Of a stretch of DNA of 64,000 nucleotides, positions 1 through 9,358 are shown one piece after another. A program made the position numbers and the translations under genes. Position 1 is the first letter of the stretch, and each line of letters opens with the position of its first letter. A model generated the notes under the pieces. The model was given only the letters and a program-made list of their open reading frames with translations. It did not search any database and was not told the DNA's origin. The stretch is from a virus, in the IMG/VR virus record IMGVR_UViG_3300034062_003964, positions 32,001 to 96,000 of that record, one strand, 5' to 3'.

Positions 1-697
1 CTCCTGACGGGGCTATTACTGTTTTTTTAACATCTAATTTAGGTTCACATTCATTAATAAATTTTCTTAATGATTTAGAGTCTGAAATTGGCATTTGATT
101 AACGAATCTAGATATTTTTTCTCTATCGGTGTCATTTTCTATTGATATGATGTGTTTTTCTATTCTCTTAGTTACTATTGGAACTACCATACCAATAGGG
201 TATTGTTCATTGATTTTATCTAATTCTCTAGTGTCAGATAATGTTAAAAGTTTTAATTCAACTTTTTTATTTGTTTTAGGTAAAACGTATTCAAAATTTC
301 CATTTGAATTTTTTTTATGTGCGGAGTATATGTAATTAATTTCATCAAATAAAAGGGTAACTTCAAATCTATCACCTGTTTTAGGGTCGGATAGTGAATA
401 TGTATAGTCTGAACCAAATGCGGTATTTCTTAAAAATAATAATATCGCCTTTACATCACTATCTATTAATTGACTAATGTCAAAACCCGGCTCATAAATT
501 TTATTTTTTAATAAATTATATATTAAACCTTCTTTAGCGGTGTTTTGAGAAAGAATTAAATTTTCGTCAGAAGCTGTTAAATAACCAACTTTTAATGATT
601 CTTTTTTAGGCTTATAAGATTCACCACCACTAGGTAATTTAACTATATCATGTGGAAGATTGAAATCCATTTGTCCGTATTGTGTACTTTGGTCCAT
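1..697 (-). CDS. Baseplate hub assembly protein, T4 gp26-like (partial; runs off window start)
   Basis: Manual translation from ATG at 697: MDQSTQYGQMDFNLPHDIVKLPTSG...VGYLTASDENLILS...AILLFLRNTAFGSDY; the LPS/TG, LTxxDE and LR motifs fit the gp26 family; directly downstream of the tail tube gene. Confidence 0.7.
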   Translation of the reverse strand, partial: MDQSTQYGQMDFNLPHDIVKLPSGGESYKPKKESLKVGYLTASDENLILSQNTAKEGLIYNLLKNKIYEPGFDISQLIDSDVKAILLFLRNTAFGSDYTYSLSDPKTGDRFEVTLLFDEINYIYSAHKKNSNGNFEYVLPKTNKKVELKLLTLSDTRELDKINEQYPIGMVVPIVTKRIEKHIISIENDTDREKISRFVNQMPISDSKSLRKFINECEPKLDVKKTVIAPSG

Positions 698-740
698 AGT
701 TTTTTTCTTTAAAAATAACTTGACTTTATCTTATGTAAAT

Positions 741-769
741 AAAAAATCCCACCTAAAATAGATGGGATT
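741..769 (-). terminator. Rho-independent terminator after tail tube gene
   Basis: Inverted repeat AATCCCA..TGGGATT followed by a T-run on the minus strand. Confidence 0.7.
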
Positions 770-790
770 AAATAATATTTTATTTTGTTT

Positions 791-1279
791 TTAGTATACC
801 AAGATACATCTATCAGGTCTCAATGTTGCTTTAACAGTAATCAAACCATCTTCACTATAACCTAATGAGTCAAAATCAACATTTGTTAAGAAACATCCTT
901 GTAAAATCCATTTCTCAACAGCAACACCAGTTGGGTCTAACATTTCAAGGTCAACATCTTTTTTGTAACCTGCAGCATAACCCATACGTCCTGTTACTGA
1001 TTCAGCATGTAAACGAACCCATTCCATAAGTGCTTGTGATGCAGAAGGACCAATTGGGTCACGGAATGTAACATCTATTGAACCCCATTTAAATTGACCT
1101 GCAACATATGTTTCAGTATTTAAGAACGGAATTGGAACTTCTTTAATTTCAATTTTTGGTCTTGAAGCACTTTCAACATACCAAGAATTAATTCCCAAAG
1201 AAGATGGGAAAGTTATAATAAACCTATTTTTTCTTTTAGGTTCATATTGAAAGGGCATTTTCATTAACAAATCAGCCAT
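791..1279 (-). CDS. Tail tube protein (T4 gp19-like)
   Basis: 162 aa; YEPKRKNRF, W..I.VTFRDPI, LEMLDPTG..VEKWILQGCF pattern; near the sheath gene. Confidence 0.9.
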   Translation of the reverse strand: MADLLMKMPFQYEPKRKNRFIITFPSSLGINSWYVESASRPKIEIKEVPIPFLNTETYVAGQFKWGSIDVTFRDPIGPSASQALMEWVRLHAESVTGRMGYAAGYKKDVDLEMLDPTGVAVEKWILQGCFLTNVDFDSLGYSEDGLITVKATLRPDRCILVY

Positions 1280-1312
1280 GTCTATTTATTTTTTTGTTTC
1301 TTTTATTTTTAT

Positions 1313-1320
1313 TATAAATA
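1313..1320 (-). promoter_or_regulatory. Putative late promoter TATTTATA (tail tube)
   Basis: Member of a motif recurring upstream of ~19 genes in the sense orientation. Confidence 0.7.
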
Positions 1321-1387
1321 TATCCAACTAAATTTTTTTCTATTTACTTTGTAATATTTAAAAATTATTCTTGCATTATAAGTATTT

Positions 1388-2260
1388 CTAGATTTCCTTT
1401 TTTTCTCCTCCTTTAGTTAAATAAGTTTTTACTAGTTTTTCAGTATCTTCATCATCTAAAAATTCTTTCATCTTATCTATATTTCTAGGGTCATCATCAG
1501 AAAAACCTATATTTGGTAGTATTTCATTGTTTTCTACATCATTTTTGAAAAATGCTTTTTCACCTATTTCTTGAGCCATTTCTTTACAGTAAGATATAAA
1601 CTCCCTCATCGCTTTGATTTTCCCCTCTTCAGGATTAGTCGCAGACCCCTCACCGAAAGACACAGGATAAAATCTACAAAGGTCCAAATACTCACGTAAT
1701 TCTTTTGGTGTCAGAGCCTTTGCTTTGTTTTCACCAGTAACTTCATTACCAATATTTCTATATCTATAAAGGTTTTCAGCTAATGTTCTACTATTAAGAC
1801 CATTCTTATTAGCCATTATTAAATTATAAACACCTTCTTTTAAAGTCTTTGGGTTGTGACCTCTTGCTGTGATGATTGAAAAAATGGAACCTCCATTAAT
1901 ACACTCAACAAAATCATTCCAAGATGGTCCAACAGACGCAACCATTGCATCCAATACGAATCTCTTATCACCTTTAACTCCAAAATTTCTAAATGGGTCT
2001 GGTGCAAAATCTACAACAGTAGTTCCCTTATAACTAAAAGGTTCTTTTCCTATTTGGTGTCTGTGGTCTGCAAAGTCTTCAGTAGACATCGGTACTTCTT
2101 CGTCGTTTTCACTAAGAACTATGATTGATGTCGGCATAAACATTATATTATCATCCCAATCAAATGCATAGTATTTCGTGTCGGGGTTACCTTCTTCATT
2201 AAACCCTTCATTCAATCTTTTGACTCTTATGAAATCTTCTATAACTTTTTTAATTCTCAT
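1388..2260 (-). CDS. HAD-superfamily phosphatase-like protein (PNKP/RNA-repair type)
   Basis: HAD motifs: FDWDDN (I), IITARG (II), K (III), FSDDD (IV). Confidence 0.6.
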   Translation of the reverse strand: MRIKKVIEDFIRVKRLNEGFNEEGNPDTKYYAFDWDDNIMFMPTSIIVLSENDEEVPMSTEDFADHRHQIGKEPFSYKGTTVVDFAPDPFRNFGVKGDKRFVLDAMVASVGPSWNDFVECINGGSIFSIITARGHNPKTLKEGVYNLIMANKNGLNSRTLAENLYRYRNIGNEVTGENKAKALTPKELREYLDLCRFYPVSFGEGSATNPEEGKIKAMREFISYCKEMAQEIGEKAFFKNDVENNEILPNIGFSDDDPRNIDKMKEFLDDEDTEKLVKTYLTKGGEKKEI

Positions 2261-2397
2261 TATTTTTTAAGTTTTTCTAAAAGTTTTTCTAATTGTGATT
2301 CTGTAATGATAATATTTTGTTTTTTATCAGCAAAAGTTTGTTTTCCTTTAGTGTTATATCCTAAAGATTCTTTGATTAATTTTTTTTCTATTTTCAT
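2260..2397 (-). CDS. Small protein (45 aa), possible internal head peptide
   Basis: Manual translation MKIEKKLIKESLGYNTKGKQTFADKKQNIIITESQLEKLLEKLKK; its stop overlaps the next start (TAATG). Confidence 0.65.
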   Translation of the reverse strand: MKIEKKLIKESLGYNTKGKQTFADKKQNIIITESQLEKLLEKLKK

Positions 2398-2420
2398 AGT
2401 TTTATGTGTTAAATAATTTA

Positions 2421-2442
2421 TGGGGGATATTTCTACCCCCCA
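2421..2442 (-). terminator. Hairpin/terminator downstream of tail sheath
   Basis: TGGGGG...CCCCCA inverted repeat just past the sheath stop codon. Confidence 0.5.
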
Positions 2443-2455
2443 CTCATTTTATTTT

Positions 2456-5400
2456 TTAGATATTGTCAAAAGACGCGCCTGTTGGTGTAATGACAAACTC
2501 GATGTCGATGTATTCTAACGCTCTTGTTGGCTTCAAGAAGATTTTACCTGTCAATGTATTTGAATCTAAATCTTCAGGTGTGTTAGATACTTGAACTCTA
2601 AAGTCAATCAAACCCCTATCTCTTCTAATTTGGTCTAAGATTGGGTTAACTGAATCCAAGAAGTCTTGTCTTACTTTGTTATCGTTTTGTTCGAACAACA
2701 ATCTGATGGCTACCGCTGAAATCAATTTACGTGCTTGTAGTAACAATCTTCTTACGTTGATTCTGTCAAGTGCAGATTCTCTAACTTGCATTGTTTTGTT
2801 ACCCCAAATCACTGTACCCACATCAGAGAAAGTTGCAATTGGGTTGATTCTACCTTTGTATAATACATCTCTATCTTCTTGTGTCAACTTACGTCTTGCT
2901 CTAATAGCATTTACCAAACCTCTTGTGTAACCCGCTGATGCGAACCAAGGGAACGCTATGTTATCAGTTAACGCTAAGTTTCTAACAACTTCTGAAGTTG
3001 CTGGAATATAAATTTGTGTGTTATTAACTGTATCTCTTGTTAAAATCCAAGGATAGTAAGTTGCTGTGTAATTTGAATCTATACCTGTTGTATCTAAATT
3101 ATCTACCGCCTCTTGTGGGTAAATTAAACCTTCAGAGATGTCTTGGTAAGATGGTAAGAACATATTAAAGTCAGGTGTTGTTGCAATGTAAATTGAATCT
3201 GCTCTATCTGTTTCAATCATATCAATAGCATCTTCAACCAAGTTTGAGTTATTAACATAATCAATACCAGGTGTTGCAAATACGTTGATGTTTGTTGATT
3301 CAGGGTTTGCAAAAGTTGATTGACCCCATTTGTATGCGTAGTAGTCAGTATTAGCCCAAGTTTCTTGGTTAGGTCCTGAAATTTGTTTGAACGCCCCCCA
3401 TCCTGTTGCTGTTGGGAATGTTACTGAACTTGCTGCCCCAAATTTAAATCCTGTTTGACCTAATGCGAATGTGTCACTATTAGTTCTATATTCTCTATAG
3501 ATATCCCAACCATCAAATCCACCATATGCTAATAAAGTAAATTTACGTGAAATTAAATTGTAGTATGGATTAGTATTATCACTAGGTTCAGAATTAAATG
3601 ACCCCGCACCTACTTCAAATGCCGATTGACCTGAAGTTACATATGAACTTGATACCGTTACAACAGTAGCTCCGCTATCCATGTGGAATCCTTTAGTTAA
3701 ATAACCCCAAGATGGTCCTGTTGTATCAGTAGCGATATTATTTGGTATTTGTTTTCCTTTATATTGAAAGAAGTCGTAGTCAAAACCTGATATATTAGAT
3801 ATACCTAAGTATGCTCTTCTTTTATTTTCACCACTTGAGATAACTGGGTTATCACCTCCACTCGTCGAACCAAATGGTGGGTTATAGATAACTTCACCTG
3901 CTGTGTAGTATTTAGTTTTGTAAGGTACAAATGGTGGAGTTGCGTTAGCATATTGTCTCATAATGTAACCCTCAAATCCACAAGGTAGTGCGTTTGTAGG
4001 AGCTTCATCACTCATTTCTAACATTATATATTTAGACTTAACTTCATATTCACCGTTAGATGTTCCAATTTTATTAGCAACATAATTATTTTGAGTTGGG
4101 TCCAATGAACAATTTGTAAAACTTTCTAAAACTCTAACATTTTGGTCGTTATCAAAAAAGTCTCTTACAAACACATCAAATGTTCCATTAGCAAATGATA
4201 CATTTCCGATTGAAAGTTTAACGTATGTGTTAGCAGAATTACCGTCAGAAATAAGAACAAATTTAAATAATTTATAAACTGTATTACCTCTTAACTCAGA
4301 TACAACAAAAGGTGTTTCTGGAGTTTGGAATTGTTCTAAATAGAATGCAATTGATTCTGTAGTTGGTGAATATCTAACACCAGGTAAATCAACTAATTCA
4401 CAATATAAACCTCTAATTTGACCTGCTCTATATCCTGTTTGTAAAAGTGCGGGATATGTCTCTTCGATAAATAAAGGAACTTCAGTTCTGTTTTTACCAA
4501 AATTAGTTGCTCCAAATACATTACGTAAATAATTTTTAGATGTCGATAACATAGAAGTTTCAAAAGAGAAATCATTACCGTCATATGTCACACCACTAAT
4601 TTGGAATGTTTCATAAGGGTTTTTAGTTACTGCCGAGTAAGCTCCCGTACAATTCATAGTAACGTCAGTTAAACCTGATACTTGATAGGAAGGTCCTTTT
4701 ATTGTACTACTATATGTAGACACCCCTCTTGACCTTAAAGTTGCAACAACCATATCATCGTATGTTGTGTAAGGTGCCCCTGAATAAGATGTAGTAAAGA
4801 AACTTACTGAACCTGAATATACACCTGTTGATGAACTACCTGATATTGTTGACATAGTTGCCCCCATACCTTGTCCAAAATATGTGTTAACGTCATTTGT
4901 ACCTTGATAGTAATTAAATAACCCATAATACCATGAGTCATTTACTGTTTGAGCACTTAATGATGATGCTGTTGCTCCCGTTATATTTCCAACACCAAAG
5001 TTTTCACTGTAAGATGTTACTACACCAGTACCATTTAATGTTACACCGGTTGTACTAGTAAATGTTGATGCGGTTACTGTCCCCCAGAATACTGAAGTTG
5101 AACCTGAAGTTGCGGCACTTGTAGAGTAAAGATTTATTTGACTGGAAATATAAGTTTGTAAATCTGATGCTATTGTTGAGGTTCCCCCATTAAATTCCGT
5201 GTAAGGTAAATAAAAATTACCATTAACATTAAGTGTTGATGGGACTGACAATAATGTTACGGTTCCTCCTGTATTTCCTGAGAATAATACAGTAACAGGT
5301 CCTGTTGTTCCAGTTACTTGTATAGTTGCGGGGTTAACGTTACCTATTGTTACAATAGACCAAGATGGTCCAGCGTCGTAACCTGATAAACCTAAGACTC

Positions 5401-5683
5401 TTGTCACAAATAATTGATTTGATTGTGATAAGTAAGATTTAGCAATATATGCCAATTCGTATTTTGGAATTTGTGTATTAACAAATTTTTCAGGACTTGT
5501 TCCTCCAAAATAAGTTTGGAACTCGTCAAAATTTGTTATAAAAATAGGTTCAAATGCGGGTCCTTGTAGGGTTTCACCTACTACACCTAAAGTAGTTACA
5601 CCAACACTCTGAGCCACAAACGTTAAGTCTCTTTCTGATGTGTAAACACCTGGAGAAACGAAAACCTTATTAGATGATGCCAT
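2456..5683 (-). CDS. Tail sheath protein (T4 gp18-like) with large Ser/Thr/Gly-rich insertion
   Basis: N-term FVSPGVYTSERD; C-term WFASAGYTRG, LYKGRINPI, WGNKT, RINVRRLL, PTRALEYIDIEF. Confidence 0.95.
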   Translation of the reverse strand: MASSNKVFVSPGVYTSERDLTFVAQSVGVTTLGVVGETLQGPAFEPIFITNFDEFQTYFGGTSPEKFVNTQIPKYELAYIAKSYLSQSNQLFVTRVLGLSGYDAGPSWSIVTIGNVNPATIQVTGTTGPVTVLFSGNTGGTVTLLSVPSTLNVNGNFYLPYTEFNGGTSTIASDLQTYISSQINLYSTSAATSGSTSVFWGTVTASTFTSTTGVTLNGTGVVTSYSENFGVGNITGATASSLSAQTVNDSWYYGLFNYYQGTNDVNTYFGQGMGATMSTISGSSSTGVYSGSVSFFTTSYSGAPYTTYDDMVVATLRSRGVSTYSSTIKGPSYQVSGLTDVTMNCTGAYSAVTKNPYETFQISGVTYDGNDFSFETSMLSTSKNYLRNVFGATNFGKNRTEVPLFIEETYPALLQTGYRAGQIRGLYCELVDLPGVRYSPTTESIAFYLEQFQTPETPFVVSELRGNTVYKLFKFVLISDGNSANTYVKLSIGNVSFANGTFDVFVRDFFDNDQNVRVLESFTNCSLDPTQNNYVANKIGTSNGEYEVKSKYIMLEMSDEAPTNALPCGFEGYIMRQYANATPPFVPYKTKYYTAGEVIYNPPFGSTSGGDNPVISSGENKRRAYLGISNISGFDYDFFQYKGKQIPNNIATDTTGPSWGYLTKGFHMDSGATVVTVSSSYVTSGQSAFEVGAGSFNSEPSDNTNPYYNLISRKFTLLAYGGFDGWDIYREYRTNSDTFALGQTGFKFGAASSVTFPTATGWGAFKQISGPNQETWANTDYYAYKWGQSTFANPESTNINVFATPGIDYVNNSNLVEDAIDMIETDRADSIYIATTPDFNMFLPSYQDISEGLIYPQEAVDNLDTTGIDSNYTATYYPWILTRDTVNNTQIYIPATSEVVRNLALTDNIAFPWFASAGYTRGLVNAIRARRKLTQEDRDVLYKGRINPIATFSDVGTVIWGNKTMQVRESALDRINVRRLLLQARKLISAVAIRLLFEQNDNKVRQDFLDSVNPILDQIRRDRGLIDFRVQVSNTPEDLDSNTLTGKIFLKPTRALEYIDIEFVITPTGASFDNI

Positions 5684-5716
5684 GTCAATAAAAGTATTTT
5701 AAATTTATTTTTTATA

Positions 5717-5724
5717 TATAAATA
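5717..5724 (-). promoter_or_regulatory. Putative late promoter TATTTATA (tail sheath)
   Basis: Recurring motif upstream of the sheath ATG. Confidence 0.7.
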
Positions 5725-5806
5725 CATCGCCAAATAACAAAAAACTTTACATTCCTATAATATTTATTAGGGAGTAAGAATAAATTCTGCCTTTTTTCTA
5801 CCTACT

Positions 5807-5968
5807 ATGAAAAAACCTGTTAAGAAAATAAAAAACCTAAAAATTGATTCAGAAATACACAATCAGTTAAAAAAATATTGTGATAAAAACGGTTTAAAAA
5901 TTTACAAGTTTTTAGAAAAGTTAATTATGGAAAATTGTAAAGAAACAAAAGATATCTACGGAGAGTAG
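5807..5968 (+). CDS. Small ribbon-helix-helix DNA-binding protein (53 aa)
   Basis: Manual translation MKKPVKKIKNLKIDSEIHNQLKKYCDKNGLKIYKFLEKLIMENC...; beta-strand plus two-helix RHH pattern; TATTTATT at 5761. Confidence 0.6.
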   Translation: MKKPVKKIKNLKIDSEIHNQLKKYCDKNGLKIYKFLEKLIMENCKETKDIYGE

Positions 5969-7009
5969 TTAAACCAAATAAGCTACTGTTTTTATTTTAG
6001 ATTCTAAAATTAAATTTGATTTGGTCACAACGATTAAAAAAGTGTCCCCATCATTTATTTGTATTGTTGTTAAACCACTACCTACATAGTTTGAATTTAA
6101 ATAGATGTCATAAGAACTTATGTTTTCAATTTCAGTAACTTTTAAATCTACGGTGTATCTAAATGTTTCAGTTAATTGATTGTTTCCTGCAACAAACAAT
6201 AAATCTAAATCAAAATTGTCAGGTCTTGGTGGTTCTATTTTAACTCGTTTAGAAGAAGTTCTAGTTTCAGTTTCAAATAAAGACACTTGTCTTGTAATTG
6301 CGGGTGACACTTTAAATTCGGCTTCATCTATTAACAGACCTTTCATAATAAAGGTATAATTGGCGATGTAATACTTTCTTTTTTCTAATTCTTTAACAGA
6401 CTCATCGGCAACACCTTCCATAACAATTGGAATATAGTGACCTTTGATTTGTGTGTAAGCCTGTTTTGATGTAAAAGTTTGCATTATAATTTTATTGAAC
6501 TCATTAAGTTCACGCATCCTATTACAAAATAATTTTACATTGTAAGTTATATCAACAGGAATTGGTTGGGGTATCGTGTAAACATCAGCACCTTTTCTTT
6601 GACCATCCCAAGTTGGAACAGTGTAATAAAAGAATTGCCTTCTATTTGGTATGTTTGCTGCACCTCCTTGAAAAGTTCCATATTTAACTTCAGGTGTTCT
6701 TACCGTCGCAATAAAAGGTAATGAAATGTTTTTATCTAAATCTTGAAAGTTCCAAGTCTCAGTAAATTGAGACCAGTTTTGAGTTGTTATAATTTTATCA
6801 ACGGTTGGTACTGTTTTTTCTGTTACAACCAATTTTAGTCTTTCTTTAACAAAATCCAACATACCCAAATCTAAATCGGCATGTAACACACCTTTAGGTA
6901 AAAAAGTTCCATAGTCAGTAATGTCGTCCAACATTTCTTGTCGTCTTTCTCTACCTACTTTTTCAGGTATTAATGGTAAATTTTTTTTAACTTTTGATGG
7001 TAATGCCAT
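5969..7009 (-). CDS. Tail completion/sheath stabilizer-like protein (gp15-like)
   Basis: LPFIATVR and PQPIPVDITYNVKLF pattern; lies between neck and sheath genes. Confidence 0.55.
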   Translation of the reverse strand: MALPSKVKKNLPLIPEKVGRERRQEMLDDITDYGTFLPKGVLHADLDLGMLDFVKERLKLVVTEKTVPTVDKIITTQNWSQFTETWNFQDLDKNISLPFIATVRTPEVKYGTFQGGAANIPNRRQFFYYTVPTWDGQRKGADVYTIPQPIPVDITYNVKLFCNRMRELNEFNKIIMQTFTSKQAYTQIKGHYIPIVMEGVADESVKELEKRKYYIANYTFIMKGLLIDEAEFKVSPAITRQVSLFETETRTSSKRVKIEPPRPDNFDLDLLFVAGNNQLTETFRYTVDLKVTEIENISSYDIYLNSNYVGSGLTTIQINDGDTFLIVVTKSNLILESKIKTVAYLV

Positions 7010-7011
7010 TA

Positions 7012-7527
7012 TTATAATCCTTTAAATTCATTGTCTGTGACAGGAGAAGCCAATATGGAACGATAGAAAGGTTTATACCCCCCGTATGTATGTTTATTAT
7101 CACTTAACACACGACCATCATTCACAACAGTATAGTATCTAACTCTATCTTCTGTTTCATAATAACCAATATAGTCTCCAAAATTAATATCAATATCCAA
7201 CTCCTCAAGTTGTTTTTGATAAACACCAACTTTAAGATTTCCAGGTTCTGATTGTGATAATCTTGATGACCCGTAATCAACATTAGTTGAAGCTTCAATT
7301 TGAACATACCCCTTAAACTCAATAGGTGGTAAGAATTGAATTCCGTCTTCTAATGTTTCACCGTACACATCATCACTAATAGTTCTTTGTCTATCGATGC
7401 GGTATAAAACAAGGGTAAAATTCATATCTCCACCTAACCATTCGTCGCCTATAGAAATATCTAAGTTAAAGTCTTCTTCAGAGAAAAACTTATTAAGTCT
7501 GGTTATTGGAACTCTATTATCTGCCAT
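7012..7527 (-). CDS. Head closure/neck protein (gp14-like)
   Basis: DDVYGE, PPIEFKGYV, GDYIGY pattern; late promoter 3 nt upstream. Confidence 0.55.
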   Translation of the reverse strand: MADNRVPITRLNKFFSEEDFNLDISIGDEWLGGDMNFTLVLYRIDRQRTISDDVYGETLEDGIQFLPPIEFKGYVQIEASTNVDYGSSRLSQSEPGNLKVGVYQKQLEELDIDINFGDYIGYYETEDRVRYYTVVNDGRVLSDNKHTYGGYKPFYRSILASPVTDNEFKGL

Positions 7528-7530
7528 ACC

Positions 7531-7538
7531 TATAAATA
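7531..7538 (-). promoter_or_regulatory. Putative late promoter TATTTATA, 3 nt from ATG (leaderless)
   Basis: Sense sequence TATTTATA-ggt-ATG. Confidence 0.7.
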
Positions 7539-7582
7539 CTTTGATTGATTTTTTGTTTAATTTTATTATATTATATTATATC

Positions 7583-9346
7583 ATGGAAGATTTTGTGCCT
7601 AAAACACCCGAATCAAAAGCCCTTTTAATATTAGACGATTATGAAGGGTCAAATAACTACATCCTTAATTTAAAACACAAAAAACAAAATAGTAAGTCTT
7701 TTGTACCTACAAGACCTCAGGCGGATTACATCAATAATTATCACACCCTACAACCAAAAGTTGCTAAAAAATGGGTCAAGTTAGACTCTTATTTTGGTAA
7801 AAAACTGATGGAAGATAAGATGTATACCAAAGAACCATCAGAAATTTATGTCGAGAAGTTGTTAGTTGAAAAGGATAAGGCTTATCATATTTGGGGTAAA
7901 ATCTTTTCGGGAGAAACTTTACACGACTTTTGGATGCCAAAATCTGCATTACTAAAAGATAACGAAGTCAAAAACATTTCTATCGATTATGAAAAATATA
8001 CCCATAGACCACCTATGGAACACCAAAAAGAAGCAATTGAGAAACTTGTAAAAAATAAAAAGTTTATTTTGGCGGATGATATGGGTCTTGGTAAAACTAC
8101 ATCAACAATCATCGCAGCTTTAGAAACGGGAGCCAAAAAAGTTTTGATTGTGTGTCCAGCATCTTTAAAAATAAATTGGGAAAGGGAGATTGCAAATTAT
8201 TCAGATAGAACCGTATATATTGCAGAAGGTAAGAAATTTTCAGATGAACATGATTTTGTTATTGTTAACTACGACATCTTAAAAAATTTCCATGACGCTA
8301 AAGAAACCGAAAAGTCAGAAATAATGAAAATTAATTTTGATTTGGTAATCATGGATGAGGCACATATGATTTCTAATCCACAAGCACAAAGAACAAAAAT
8401 CGCTAACGACATTGCAAGTAAATCAAATAGAGTATGGTTATTATCGGGAACACCAATGACTTCTCGACCTATGAACTATTATAATTTATTAAACCTTGTT
8501 GATAGTCCCGTAGCAATGAATTGGATGGCTTACGCTAAAAGGTATTGTAACGGATTCCAATTTAGTGTTGGGAAAAGAAAGGTATGGAATGTTACAGGAG
8601 CATCTAATCTTGATGAGTTAAGGGAAAGAACCCAAACACATATTCTACGAAGATTAAAAGAAGAGGTTTTGGATTTACCTGAAAAAATTATTACTCCCGT
8701 TTATTTAAGACTAAAATCAAAAGACTACGAAGAGTTAGTTGGTGAATATTTTGATTGGTATGACCAAAACCCTGAAGAGTCGACATCACTTACCATTCAG
8801 TTTTCAAAACTAATGAAAGTAAGAAAAGTAATCGCTAAAGAAAAAATTAAAAACACAATCGAGTTAGCGGAAAACATTATAGAGCAAGGTAAAAAAGTTA
8901 TCATATTTACAAACTTCACGGACACATTAAATGAAATCTATAACCATTTTGGTAAATCTGCAGTTTATTTAGATGGTAGTTGTTCTAAGTTTCACAGACA
9001 AAATTCTGTTGATGAATTTCAAACAAACGATAAAATCAAAGTATTTGTTGGTAACCTTAAAGCTGCTGGTGTTGGTATCACTTTAACCTCAGCGGAAGCC
9101 GTAATTATGAATGATTTATCTTTTGTTCCTGCCGAACATTCGCAAGCCGAAGATAGGTCACACCGTATTGGTCAAAAAAATTCAACATCAGTTTATTACC
9201 CTTTATTTGAAAACACAATAGAAGGAGCCATTTACGACATATTAAATAGAAAAAAGAAAATCATTTCAACAGTAATGGGTGATGATATGTTTGATGAGGC
9301 ATCTTCAATAGAAGAAATGTTAAATATGATTTCCGGCATCCGATGA
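7583..9346 (+). CDS. SNF2-family helicase (HARP/SMARCAL1-like)
   Basis: LADDMGLGKT, DEAH, LSGTP, GVGITL, QAEDRSHRIGQ motifs; start moved to ATG 7583 because the track start overlaps the neighbouring gene. Confidence 0.92.
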   Translation: MEDFVPKTPESKALLILDDYEGSNNYILNLKHKKQNSKSFVPTRPQADYINNYHTLQPKVAKKWVKLDSYFGKKLMEDKMYTKEPSEIYVEKLLVEKDKAYHIWGKIFSGETLHDFWMPKSALLKDNEVKNISIDYEKYTHRPPMEHQKEAIEKLVKNKKFILADDMGLGKTTSTIIAALETGAKKVLIVCPASLKINWEREIANYSDRTVYIAEGKKFSDEHDFVIVNYDILKNFHDAKETEKSEIMKINFDLVIMDEAHMISNPQAQRTKIANDIASKSNRVWLLSGTPMTSRPMNYYNLLNLVDSPVAMNWMAYAKRYCNGFQFSVGKRKVWNVTGASNLDELRERTQTHILRRLKEEVLDLPEKIITPVYLRLKSKDYEELVGEYFDWYDQNPEESTSLTIQFSKLMKVRKVIAKEKIKNTIELAENIIEQGKKVIIFTNFTDTLNEIYNHFGKSAVYLDGSCSKFHRQNSVDEFQTNDKIKVFVGNLKAAGVGITLTSAEAVIMNDLSFVPAEHSQAEDRSHRIGQKNSTSVYYPLFENTIEGAIYDILNRKKKIISTVMGDDMFDEASSIEEMLNMISGIR

Positions 9347-9358
9347 TATTTATTTATC

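Noticed and set aside
7397-7582. N-terminal extension of the helicase given by the ORF track
   Set aside because: It overlaps the divergent neck gene and its promoter; ATG 7583 is the plausible start. Similar over-extensions were trimmed at 15262, 33659, 41385, 53301 and 55473.
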